Part shown: piece after piece, positions 47,015 to 54,733 of the stretch
Layout: the number at the start of each line of letters is the position of its first letter
Numbering within the stretch: the stretch's first letter is position 1
Assembly: GCA_040755995.1 (NCBI GenBank)
Contig: JBFMAF010000005.1
Span: 1 to 54,733, forward strand
DNA from: Acidobacteriota bacterium
GTDB lineage: Bacteria; Acidobacteriota; CAIWXX01
Reading direction: 5' to 3'
DNA length: 54,733 nt
Translations under genes and position numbers: made by a program
Notes under the pieces: model-generated
The model's input: the letters and a program-made list of their open reading frames with translations, nothing else
Database searches by the model: none
What the model was told of the DNA's origin: nothing

Positions 47015-48163
47015 ATGAGACCCCTTACTGCACCTCATCTGTTGGAATTGAAGCCTTACATCCCCGGACGATCGATCGATCAGGTCAAGCGCGAGATCGG
47101 CATCGAAGAGGTGATCAAGCTGGCCTCAAATGAATGCCCTTTTGGCCCGTCGCCGCTCGCCGTGGAGGCAATGACGAGGGCACTGCGCGAAGCCCACCTC
47201 TACCCGGACGACTCTCCGGAGCTGCGCGAAGCGCTAGGCGCCAGACTGAGCGTGCCTTCCGAGCAGATCCTCGCAGGCGCCGGCGCCACCGACCTGATCG
47301 AGCTGTGTGTGCGTACCTTCATTCTGCCGGGCCAGCACGCAGTTGTGAGCGCCTGCTCGTTCCTGGCTTACACGCTCTTCCTCAAGGCCGCGGCAGCCGA
47401 TGTGACTTTCGCGCCGGCGCGCAACTTCGCCATCGACCTCGAAGCGATGGCTGCGGCGGTGCGCGAGGACACGCGGCTGATCTTCATTCCCAACCCCAAC
47501 AACCCCACAGGCTCCGCCTTCAGCACCGGCGAGCTCGATCGATTCGTCGCAAGCCTGCCGCCGGACACCGTGCTGGTGCTGGACGATGCCTACGTCGATT
47601 ACCATGACTCCCCCGATAAGCCCGATAGTCTGTCGATTCTCCGCCGCCGCGAGCGGACGGTCGTGTTGCGGTCCTTTTCGAAAGTGCACGGGTTGGCCGG
47701 AATGCGCGTCGGCTACGCAATATCCAGTTTGCCCGTGATCGAGGCGCTCAGCCGAGTGCAGCGCCCCTTCTCGGTTACCCGCGTGGCGGTCGAGGGTGCG
47801 CTGGCGGCACTCGACGACCACGAGCACGTCCGGCGCGTCATTGATCAGACACTCCGTGGACGCGTCTGGCTGAGTCAGGCGTTGCACGAAATCGGCTTCT
47901 CGCCGCTCCCTACTCAAACGAACTTCGTCACGATTCCGCTCGCAAGCGAGGCAGACGCTGCGGCTCTCGCCGAAGACCTGCTCTGCCGCGGCGTGATCAT
48001 CCGCCCGCTCGCTGCCTTCGAGATGCCCAGCGCAGTGAGGATCACTGTTGGTACTGCAGAACAGAATCAGCGGGTCATTGCGGCGGTGGCCGAGTCCTTA
48101 GAGATGGACCGAAGGTTGTTAGGCTGTAGGCTGCCAGTGCCTAATGGCATAAGTTCTCGATAG
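47015..48163 (+). CDS. hisC: histidinol-phosphate aminotransferase
   Basis: IKLASNE, YPD, PNPNNPTG, DDAY, RSFSKVHGLAGMRVGY, RITVGT. Confidence 0.92.
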   Translation: MRPLTAPHLLELKPYIPGRSIDQVKREIGIEEVIKLASNECPFGPSPLAVEAMTRALREAHLYPDDSPELREALGARLSVPSEQILAGAGATDLIELCVRTFILPGQHAVVSACSFLAYTLFLKAAAADVTFAPARNFAIDLEAMAAAVREDTRLIFIPNPNNPTGSAFSTGELDRFVASLPPDTVLVLDDAYVDYHDSPDKPDSLSILRRRERTVVLRSFSKVHGLAGMRVGYAISSLPVIEALSRVQRPFSVTRVAVEGALAALDDHEHVRRVIDQTLRGRVWLSQALHEIGFSPLPTQTNFVTIPLASEADAAALAEDLLCRGVIIRPLAAFEMPSAVRITVGTAEQNQRVIAAVAESLEMDRRLLGCRLPVPNGISSR

Positions 48164-48524
48164 TATTTCTCAACTGTGTCCCCTTCACTTCTCTACGAGG
48201 GGCTCCGCTCTGAATAGGGCATCCATGACAAGGCTGCGGTGGCTGGGCAGTCGCCTTGCAGATCGAGCCTGCTTGACTGTTCGCCAGTGACGCCGTATAT
48301 GTTCGCTGTGACTCGGCCTCGTGCGACGGGTTTGCAGCCTCTCCCAGTTCTCTTGGTTCGCGCAGGAAATCAGCGGATGGACCCGCCAGGACGACGGGGA
48401 TGTCTGACCGGTCCTGCCGAAGAACGCCTGGAAGCACGACAGCTCAAAGCTCGACTACCTCCAGTACCCTGTCACTCGAGAACAAGATTTCCGGGAGGCA
48501 GAGCGTAAGGAGCGAGGGGGTGAA

Positions 48525-50561
48525 ATGAAAACGCATCCTTGGTGTTTGCCACTTGGTGTGCCGGTGCTCGCTACCCTCGTACTGGCTGCCACGACAGCAT
48601 CCGCTGGAAACGACATCTGGGCAACGAAGGGACCCTATGGGGGCTGGGGCAAAGCTCTTGCGATAGACCCGGCCAAGCCGGCAACTATCTACGCGGGAAC
48701 GTGGGGTAGTGGCGTATTCAAGAGCACGAACGGCGGCGCTAGCTGGAAAGCGTTCAACACCGGATTAACGGATCTGAACGTCCACGCTCTTGCGATAGAC
48801 GCAGCCAATCCGACAACCCTCTACGCGGGGACCAACACTGGCGGCGTATTCAAGAGCACGAACCGTGGTGCAAGTTGGAAAAGCGTCAACAACGGCCTGA
48901 CGGATGTGACCGTGTATGCTCTTGCGATAGACTCAGCGAGCCCAGCAACCGTCTACGCGGGGACCGACGATGGCGGCATATTCAAGAGCACGAACCGCGG
49001 TGCAAGCTGGAAAGCTGTCAACAGCGGCTTAACGGATCTAACCGTCGTTGCTCTTGCGATAGACCCAGCGAGCCCAGCAACCGTCTACGCGGGGACCGAC
49101 GATGGCGGCACATTCAAGAGCACGGACGGCGGGGGTAGCTGGAAGGCCGCCAACACCGGATTGACAGACGCCTCTGTCTACGCGCTTGCGATAGGGGTCG
49201 CGAGCTCGCAAACCCTTTACGCAGGGACCTTCTATGGCGGTGTATTCAAGAGCACGAACGGTGGCGCAAGCTGGAAAGCTGTCAACAGCGGCTTAACGGA
49301 TCTGACCGTCGTTGCTCTTGCGATAGACCCAGCGAGCCCAGCAACCGTCTACGCGGGAACCTATGGTCAAGGGGTATTCAAGAGCTCGAACGGGGGCGCT
49401 AGTTGGGAAGTTGTCAACAGCGGCTTGACGAATCTGGACGTCTATGCGCTTGCGATAGACGCAGCCAACCCGGCCACCCTCTACGCGGGCACCTATGAGG
49501 GTGGCGTATTCAAGAGCACAGACGGCGGCGTTGGCTGGAAGGCGGTCAACAGCGGCCTGAAGGATCTGTATGCACGTGCTCTAGCGATTGACCCCAAGAC
49601 TCCGGAAACCTTGTACGCGGGCACCCGGGGTGGTGTATTCAAGAGCACGAACGGTGGCAGAAGCTGGAAAGCCGTCAACACCGGGTTGACGTGGCTCGCT
49701 GTCGAAGCCCTTGCCATCGACCCAACGAATCCGGCGACCGTCTACGCGGGAATCTGGGATCACGGCGTGTTCAAGAGCACGAACAGCGGCGTTAGCTGGA
49801 CGGCCACCATCGGTGTCAGTTCGGTCGAATGGCTAACGATAGACCCAACGACGCCGCGCACACTAATCGCCGCCACATTCGGCTGCATGTTCATCTCCAC
49901 CGATGAAGGAGAAACATGGAGTTCCTTCGATTCAACTGGACTCGGGATATTCCCTCTGAATGTTGTGCTCTTCAACCCCGGCGATGTCAACACCTTTTTC
50001 GCAGCAGCCTCTCACGGCGGGGTTTACTCGTACACTCGCACGTCTGTTACCCCGATGGCCCCATTGATCGAACAAATCTCGCCGGCCTCGGCCAAGGTTG
50101 GCGACAGCATCACGATCGTCGGGGTGCGCTTCGGTGCGACGCAGGGCGGGAGCACCGTGAAGTTCGGAACCATAGACGCCGGAGCAGCTCAGTCTTGGTC
50201 CGATTCAGAAATCAAGGTGCCGGTGCCCGCTGGTGCCCATAACTGCAGGGTGAGGGTGACTGTGAGCAACAGAAAGAGCAACCCGTACAGCTTCGTGGTC
50301 CTCCCTCCAACCCCGACAGGCAACGTCGAACCGACGAGCGGTCCTGCCGCGGGTGGCACCTCGGTGACGATCCTCGCCCCCGCAGGCACATCGGGCACAC
50401 AATTCAACATGCTCTTCGGCGCGGCAGTCGCGCTGGCGCCGATCACGTTCACCCAGCCCAACATCATCACCTGCATCAGCCCGCCCGGCACGGGAACTGT
50501 GGACGTGAAGGTGACATCTAGCGTCACCTCGACAACCGTCGGGACGTTCACTTACCAGTAG
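48525..50561 (+). CDS. secreted BNR/Asp-box beta-propeller protein with C-terminal IPT/TIG domains
   Basis: Signal peptide; about ten KSTxGGxSW repeats of 44 aa; PLIEQISPASAKVGDSITIVGVRFG and PTSGPAAGGTSVTI IPT motifs. Confidence 0.92.
   Translation: MKTHPWCLPLGVPVLATLVLAATTASAGNDIWATKGPYGGWGKALAIDPAKPATIYAGTWGSGVFKSTNGGASWKAFNTGLTDLNVHALAIDAANPTTLYAGTNTGGVFKSTNRGASWKSVNNGLTDVTVYALAIDSASPATVYAGTDDGGIFKSTNRGASWKAVNSGLTDLTVVALAIDPASPATVYAGTDDGGTFKSTDGGGSWKAANTGLTDASVYALAIGVASSQTLYAGTFYGGVFKSTNGGASWKAVNSGLTDLTVVALAIDPASPATVYAGTYGQGVFKSSNGGASWEVVNSGLTNLDVYALAIDAANPATLYAGTYEGGVFKSTDGGVGWKAVNSGLKDLYARALAIDPKTPETLYAGTRGGVFKSTNGGRSWKAVNTGLTWLAVEALAIDPTNPATVYAGIWDHGVFKSTNSGVSWTATIGVSSVEWLTIDPTTPRTLIAATFGCMFISTDEGETWSSFDSTGLGIFPLNVVLFNPGDVNTFFAAASHGGVYSYTRTSVTPMAPLIEQISPASAKVGDSITIVGVRFGATQGGSTVKFGTIDAGAAQSWSDSEIKVPVPAGAHNCRVRVTVSNRKSNPYSFVVLPPTPTGNVEPTSGPAAGGTSVTILAPAGTSGTQFNMLFGAAVALAPITFTQPNIITCISPPGTGTVDVKVTSSVTSTTVGTFTYQ
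48655..49800 (+). repeat. intragenic 132-bp tandem repeats (nine units)
   Basis: TTCAAGAGC anchors at 48717, 48849, 48981, 49113, 49245, 49377, 49509, 49638, 49770. Confidence 0.9.
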
Positions 50562-51003
50562 TCCGTGATCGCCTCGCGCAGAAGGGGGCAAAGCGACCCG
50601 GTGAGCAGTTCAAACTCTTCCCACAACGTCAACTTGTGGTAAAGTCGCCCGGGGGCTCCATGAAGCATCGAAAAAGGCCAACAAAATCGGCTGCCCGGGC
50701 TGGAGCACGATCGTCAACATTTCCCATTTCCGAGGAGCTCGGCCCGAAGGGCTCGGCGGCGATCGCCGCGAGGTCTCGGCCGGCGGGAACGCTGGGAACC
50801 GTCATTGATACGTCGCCGCGCGATCAGAACAGCGAAACGTGGAACGTGATCATCCGATGGGATGCAAGCAACACCATGCCAGCGTCCACTTATGGACTGC
50901 CTGCCCAAGATCGAGTTCGGCCTGGAGGCCCGCGTCATTGTGCGCCCGAACTGACGGCCGCGCCGCGACCTGGACGAAGGATGCCCTGGGACACGCTGAT
51001 GAC

Positions 51004-51033
51004 TTGCACTCAACAGCGTGGCAGGCGTAAGAT
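51004..51033 (+). promoter_or_regulatory. sigma70-type promoter for the HU-led operon
   Basis: TTGCAC-18 bp-TAAGAT upstream of the HU gene. Confidence 0.45.
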
Positions 51034-51090
51034 ATCCCTGTCCGGTTTCAAACCAACCGATCTATCATTTCATACGAGGAATCAAACAGA

Positions 51091-51402
51091 ATGGCAAAAG
51101 CAATCACGAAGACCCAGCTGATCGCAAAGCTCGCGAAAAGTTGTGAGCTTAAGAAGAAACAGGTCGCGGGCGTTCTCGACTGCATCGTCAGAATCGCTTA
51201 CAAAGAAGCGAAGAACGGCTTCACCTTCCCTGGCCTCGGCAAACTCGTCATCGTTAACCGCAAGGCGCGGATGGGCCGCAATCCGGCGACCGCTGCGCCG
51301 ATCAAGATTCCCGCCAAGCGCGTGCTGAAGTTCCGGATCGCGATGGTCGCGAAGAAATCGATTCTCCGGGCCAAATCGGGCAACGGAGGAACGGGCTGGT
51401 GA
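51091..51402 (+). CDS. HU-family DNA-binding protein (divergent copy)
   Basis: TKTQLIAKLA, FPGLGKL, RKARMGRNPAT, IKIPAKRVLKFR; GAGGA RBS. Confidence 0.93.
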   Translation: MAKAITKTQLIAKLAKSCELKKKQVAGVLDCIVRIAYKEAKNGFTFPGLGKLVIVNRKARMGRNPATAAPIKIPAKRVLKFRIAMVAKKSILRAKSGNGGTGW

Positions 51403-52028
51403 CGGTTTTCCTGCGGCGAGCAGCGGAGACGGCTGCTGCGAAGGTTGAACAGCAAGCCGACAACTCCGCCGTCAAGTACATCGAGCGATACGAAGACTTG
51501 TACATCGAGAAGGACTACAGCCTGCGTGTCAATAAGACGATCCGCCTGGTTTGCGTGAAAGGACCGCTCTGTTGTTTGACCACCGGCTGGACCAGCAACG
51601 ACGTGCCGGCAACGATCGACGAGGTCGGCTTCGAGGTGAGTGCCTTGCCCCGGTCTATCTCGGCCTTCGGTTTGTTGCTGAAGGATCAGCCGGAGCGCAA
51701 GGAGGTGGTCGTGGGCCTGCTGCCGCCGGTCAAGAACAAGAATGCGTTTTCGCTTGAGATCGTCTGGACCTGGCCGCGCTGGTGGACCGCTCTCAGGATG
51801 CATGGGCGCGACCGGGTGGTGGTAGAGCCGCTCAGCGCGGTGAAGAAGCTGCGGGTGCGGCTATTCTGTCACAAGAAGGTTTGTATAGACGGTCATCCCG
51901 GCGTGCTAGCGGTTAACCCGGACGTCGGTAGCACAACCAGCCCCACGGACGCTGGGTCGTACATCGTCCACGATTGGACCTACCATAATGCCCCCGCTAG
52001 GCGCTACGAGCTCACTTTTTCCTTCTGA
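51399..52028 (+). CDS. hypothetical predominantly beta-strand protein
   Basis: GTGA overlap with the HU stop, GGAGG RBS at 51385-51389, amphipathic beta-strand pattern; no TM or signal peptide. Confidence 0.75.
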   Translation: MTVFLRRAAETAAAKVEQQADNSAVKYIERYEDLYIEKDYSLRVNKTIRLVCVKGPLCCLTTGWTSNDVPATIDEVGFEVSALPRSISAFGLLLKDQPERKEVVVGLLPPVKNKNAFSLEIVWTWPRWWTALRMHGRDRVVVEPLSAVKKLRVRLFCHKKVCIDGHPGVLAVNPDVGSTTSPTDAGSYIVHDWTYHNAPARRYELTFSF

Positions 52029-53376
52029 GGTCGGCGCGAACACCGAGCAGGAGGTTCTGGTCGGCATCTCCGACCTCCACCTCGGTGCCTTCAACTCCAC
52101 TTGGTCTTTCTTCATCGATCAGGACGACCCCCAGTTGCGCCGGGTCTTCAGCCGAGACCCGCCCGAATACAACCTGCTGCATTCGCACTCGGCCTGGGAC
52201 CTCTGCCAGCGCGTCCTCAATTCGATCGACGCGGAGGTCGCCGACCTGGCCGCCGGCCGACCGGTCGGCGCGAGGACCCTGGTCCTAATCGGCGACATCC
52301 TTGATCTGTCGCTCGGACCGACCGCCCTCGCTTTCCTAAATGCACGCTGCTTATTTCACTTCCTCCACGAGAGCAAGAAGTTCTCGAAGATCGTCTACGT
52401 GCCGGGCAATCACGACCATCACGTCTGGCGTATGGTGGTCGAAGCCGACATGCTACAAAAGGCGGTCGCCGGCGGGAGCGCCAAGTACGAGCGCTGCTCG
52501 ATTGCTGCGCGACCGGCGCTGGCGCTGGCGCAGATGCTCGACGTCAAGACCCCCTTGACCGTCGCCTATCCGCACTACCTACATCCGCTCTCGGGCCCCA
52601 ACTTCGGCTCGGCCAGGCCGTGGCAGATCGTCTTTCACCACGGTCACCTACTCGAGCGCTGGTGGACCCTCTTGTCGGACGCCCTGGCCTCGCCGAGCGG
52701 GAAGATGCACTCCATCGAGGAGCTAGAGGCCATCAACGAGCCGCTGACCGAGCTTCTGTGGTTCTCGGTTGGCGATGCGGGCCGCTTGAGTGACATGACG
52801 AGCGCCCTCTACACCGGATCCTCGGACGCCCGTGGGCTGCGGCGCAAGGTGGATGACATTCTCGAGGGAGCCGCGAGCGAGCTGAGCGCGCGCTCGGGCG
52901 TGGCGCGTCCGTGGTGGCTTCCGTTGTGGCTCGTCAGGGCGGTGGTGCCGCGTCTGGTCGGTCGTCTGAGCGCACCGCGCAGCCGGCCGGAGCGGATGGT
53001 CGCCGCTGCCAGCACGCTGCGGGGTGACGCGCTCGGCGGCGAGCTGCTGCGCGCCGTGACCAGCTACCGGAGCCGTTATGCCCCGGTGACGCCGTCCTGT
53101 TTCATCTTCGGCCACACCCACCGGACGCAGAGCACGGTGCAGAGCACCGACACGAAGCACGGCATCGATCTCGAAGCGGCGAGCATCGTCTCAGCCACGC
53201 ATCCCCAGGGCTTTGACACCCACATCCTCAATACTGGCGGCTGGGTGGTCGAACCGCGGGGGAAGCCACCGGACGCGAGCATCTTCATCGCCGTGGGCGA
53301 GCAGTTGCGGCTGGTGTCGGTCGACATCCCGGACTCAGCCATCCAGGTTGCGCAGGCCGGCATCGGCCTGCGCTGA
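51988..53376 (+). CDS. calcineurin-like metallophosphoesterase
   Basis: All five motifs: SDLHLG, IGDILD, PGNHDH, HHGH, FGHTH, plus NTGGW. Start uncertain. Confidence 0.9.
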   Translation: MPPLGATSSLFPSEVGANTEQEVLVGISDLHLGAFNSTWSFFIDQDDPQLRRVFSRDPPEYNLLHSHSAWDLCQRVLNSIDAEVADLAAGRPVGARTLVLIGDILDLSLGPTALAFLNARCLFHFLHESKKFSKIVYVPGNHDHHVWRMVVEADMLQKAVAGGSAKYERCSIAARPALALAQMLDVKTPLTVAYPHYLHPLSGPNFGSARPWQIVFHHGHLLERWWTLLSDALASPSGKMHSIEELEAINEPLTELLWFSVGDAGRLSDMTSALYTGSSDARGLRRKVDDILEGAASELSARSGVARPWWLPLWLVRAVVPRLVGRLSAPRSRPERMVAAASTLRGDALGGELLRAVTSYRSRYAPVTPSCFIFGHTHRTQSTVQSTDTKHGIDLEAASIVSATHPQGFDTHILNTGGWVVEPRGKPPDASIFIAVGEQLRLVSVDIPDSAIQVAQAGIGLR

Positions 53377-53552
53377 GGGCACGGCGCTCGACGGCATCGT
53401 TGTCCGACTTAGCCTACCCTATGCAACTAAGACCCGGCCCCGCTGACAAGGCAGGATTGCTAGAGGCAGGAGCCGCTGGACGTGCGCCCTCGCTTCCTAG
53501 GCCGGCGACGGCCAGGTTCGAGATGCTGTGGAGGTAGCACAGGAATCTCCCG

Positions 53553-54302
53553 ATGGCGGTACTAGTTAATCACTTCGACCGCGGCAAGCCCTTCTACCCC
53601 CTCGTGATGAACTACTTGTTGCTTCTCTCGTCGATCAAAGACTTCCTTGTGGAAGGAGCACTTCAGCATGTGACTGCAACGGGGCTCGTGCAAGCCACCA
53701 CTCGGCGCATCGAGTTGCAGCCCTCACCCAGGTCCCTGCAACTAATGGGACCTATTCCGCCCAACACTCCCCTTTCCGCCGCATTCCGCATGCTGGAGCT
53801 TCGACATCCGTCACAGTTGGCGTCCAACCCCGGTGAGCCCTCCACAAGTCAACAGCTGGAGACAATCGAAAAGATACTCCAGGATCTTGAGGGGCCCTTG
53901 GAACTTCGATGCAAAGTGCAGGGCTCCCCTATCAAAGTGCCGCGCACCCTCCTCGTCGCTGAATTGCCACGCGACCCATCGTATCTTTTGTCATTCACCA
54001 TGCGAGCCGCCTCCATCCTTCTCGTCCTCGCCTACGAGCTGACCACGCAGTACCACGACAAAGGTCCTCTGTGGGAATTCCTTCGCCACTGCCGCCACGC
54101 GGCAGCCCACGGTGGCCGTTTTCACTTCAAGCCTGGTGAACCACGCCGACATGCCGAGTGGGCAGGCATTCGGCTAGATGCTTCCCTCGATGGAACGCCT
54201 CTCTTCCAGGAGTCCGCTGCGACCACAGGCCTACTGGATCCTGGTGACCCCATCCGCCTCCTCTGGGACATTGAACAAGCGTTTCCCCAGATGCGATGCT
54301 GA
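53553..54302 (+). CDS. hypothetical protein with HEPN-like R-x4-H motif
   Basis: WEFLRHCRHAAAHGGRF in a helical context. Confidence 0.6.
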   Translation: MAVLVNHFDRGKPFYPLVMNYLLLLSSIKDFLVEGALQHVTATGLVQATTRRIELQPSPRSLQLMGPIPPNTPLSAAFRMLELRHPSQLASNPGEPSTSQQLETIEKILQDLEGPLELRCKVQGSPIKVPRTLLVAELPRDPSYLLSFTMRAASILLVLAYELTTQYHDKGPLWEFLRHCRHAAAHGGRFHFKPGEPRRHAEWAGIRLDASLDGTPLFQESAATTGLLDPGDPIRLLWDIEQAFPQMRC

Positions 54303-54599
54303 GTCATCCCGAGCAGTAATTCCATGCGCTGCCTTGACTGCGGCCAGTACGCGCCGGGACCGGTGATCTGCGCCTGAGTCTGTCTCGACTGCTTCGTCGG
54401 TCGACGACCCTGCGTCCGACGTCGGAACGCACCACAACGTCAGAATCTGTCGTCGTGGCGATCGCCGCGAGAAAACGACGCGCCAGGATGCGCCACGTTC
54501 AACGATCCCGGCCGAGGTAAGGGTCTAGCATCCCCCTTTGGAGCTCGCGCCGTGCAGCCGCCGATAACCAGGTCCCCCTTTGATGATTTCCACGGTTGT

Positions 54600-54617
54600 G
54601 TTATACTAAAATATAAC
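54600..54617 (+). promoter_or_regulatory. pem/parD-type palindromic operator overlapping an extended -10
   Basis: GTTATA-CTAAAA-TATAAC palindrome containing TGnTATACT, directly upstream of the GGAGG RBS. Confidence 0.75.
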
Positions 54618-54631
54618 TCGTGGAGGTGACC

Positions 54632-54733
54632 ATGCACATCACAACTCTGCGCAAGGTAGGAGGTTCGATCATGCTGGCCGTGCCGCCGGCGCTGCTCGAC
54701 ATCCTGCACCTGCAGCCGAGCGCCAAGGTCGGG
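54632..54733 (+). CDS. pemI: AbrB/MazE-fold antitoxin, PemI/Kis type (partial, runs off the window; not in the ORF track)
   Basis: MHITTLRKVGGSIMLAVPPALLDILHLQPSAKVG closely matches the PemI/Kis N-terminus; GGAGGTG RBS. Confidence 0.85.
   Translation, partial: MHITTLRKVGGSIMLAVPPALLDILHLQPSAKVG

Noticed and set aside
48117..48125. GTTAGGC as an integron attC core site
   Set aside because: No matching RYYYAAC or hairpin, no cassette array and no integrase in the window.
48655..49800. Regularly spaced repeats resembling a CRISPR array
   Set aside because: In-frame 132-bp coding repeats with no unique spacers and no cas genes.

Overview
GC-rich bacterial chromosomal window, most likely Acidobacteriota (inferred from a TIGR03435/DUF3738-type domain, PASTA-rpe synteny and the HU subtype). 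1-17 kb is mostly housekeeping or metabolic: folD, coaE, NifU-C, ecfT, PASTA protein, rpe, SDR epimerase, bamD, tryptophanase, ino1, an esterase, a transglutaminase-TPR protein, a POT-type MFS transporter, a C45 Ntn-hydrolase and fabI. 17-25 kb is an accessory patch with a pseudogene, a response regulator, a propeller sensor kinase and a solo nucleotidyltransferase. 25-34 kb is a phosphate locus (phoB-phoR, unusually long pstC and pstA, pstB, phoU) with a clear 11-bp-periodic Pho box but no pstS. 34-48 kb holds a TlpA fusion, a 1236-aa membrane/spermidine-synthase/TPR fusion, a papain-family protease, an ABC exporter with LiaF-LytS-LytTR, and hisC. After hisC (about 48.1 kb onward) lies an island-like region: an Asp-box repeat/IPT surface protein, a tightly overlapping trio of divergent HU, unknown all-beta protein and metallophosphoesterase, a HEPN-like gene, and the start of a pemI-type antitoxin. 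That trio is the best candidate for an undescribed (defence-like) system. A long rod-shaped RNA or Trp-containing leader upstream of tnaA and several 7-, 8- and 9-mer periodic intergenic repeats also merit checking. No rRNA, tRNA, CRISPR array, transposase, integrase or reverse transcriptase was recognised. All calls come from reading motifs by eye; no searches were run.
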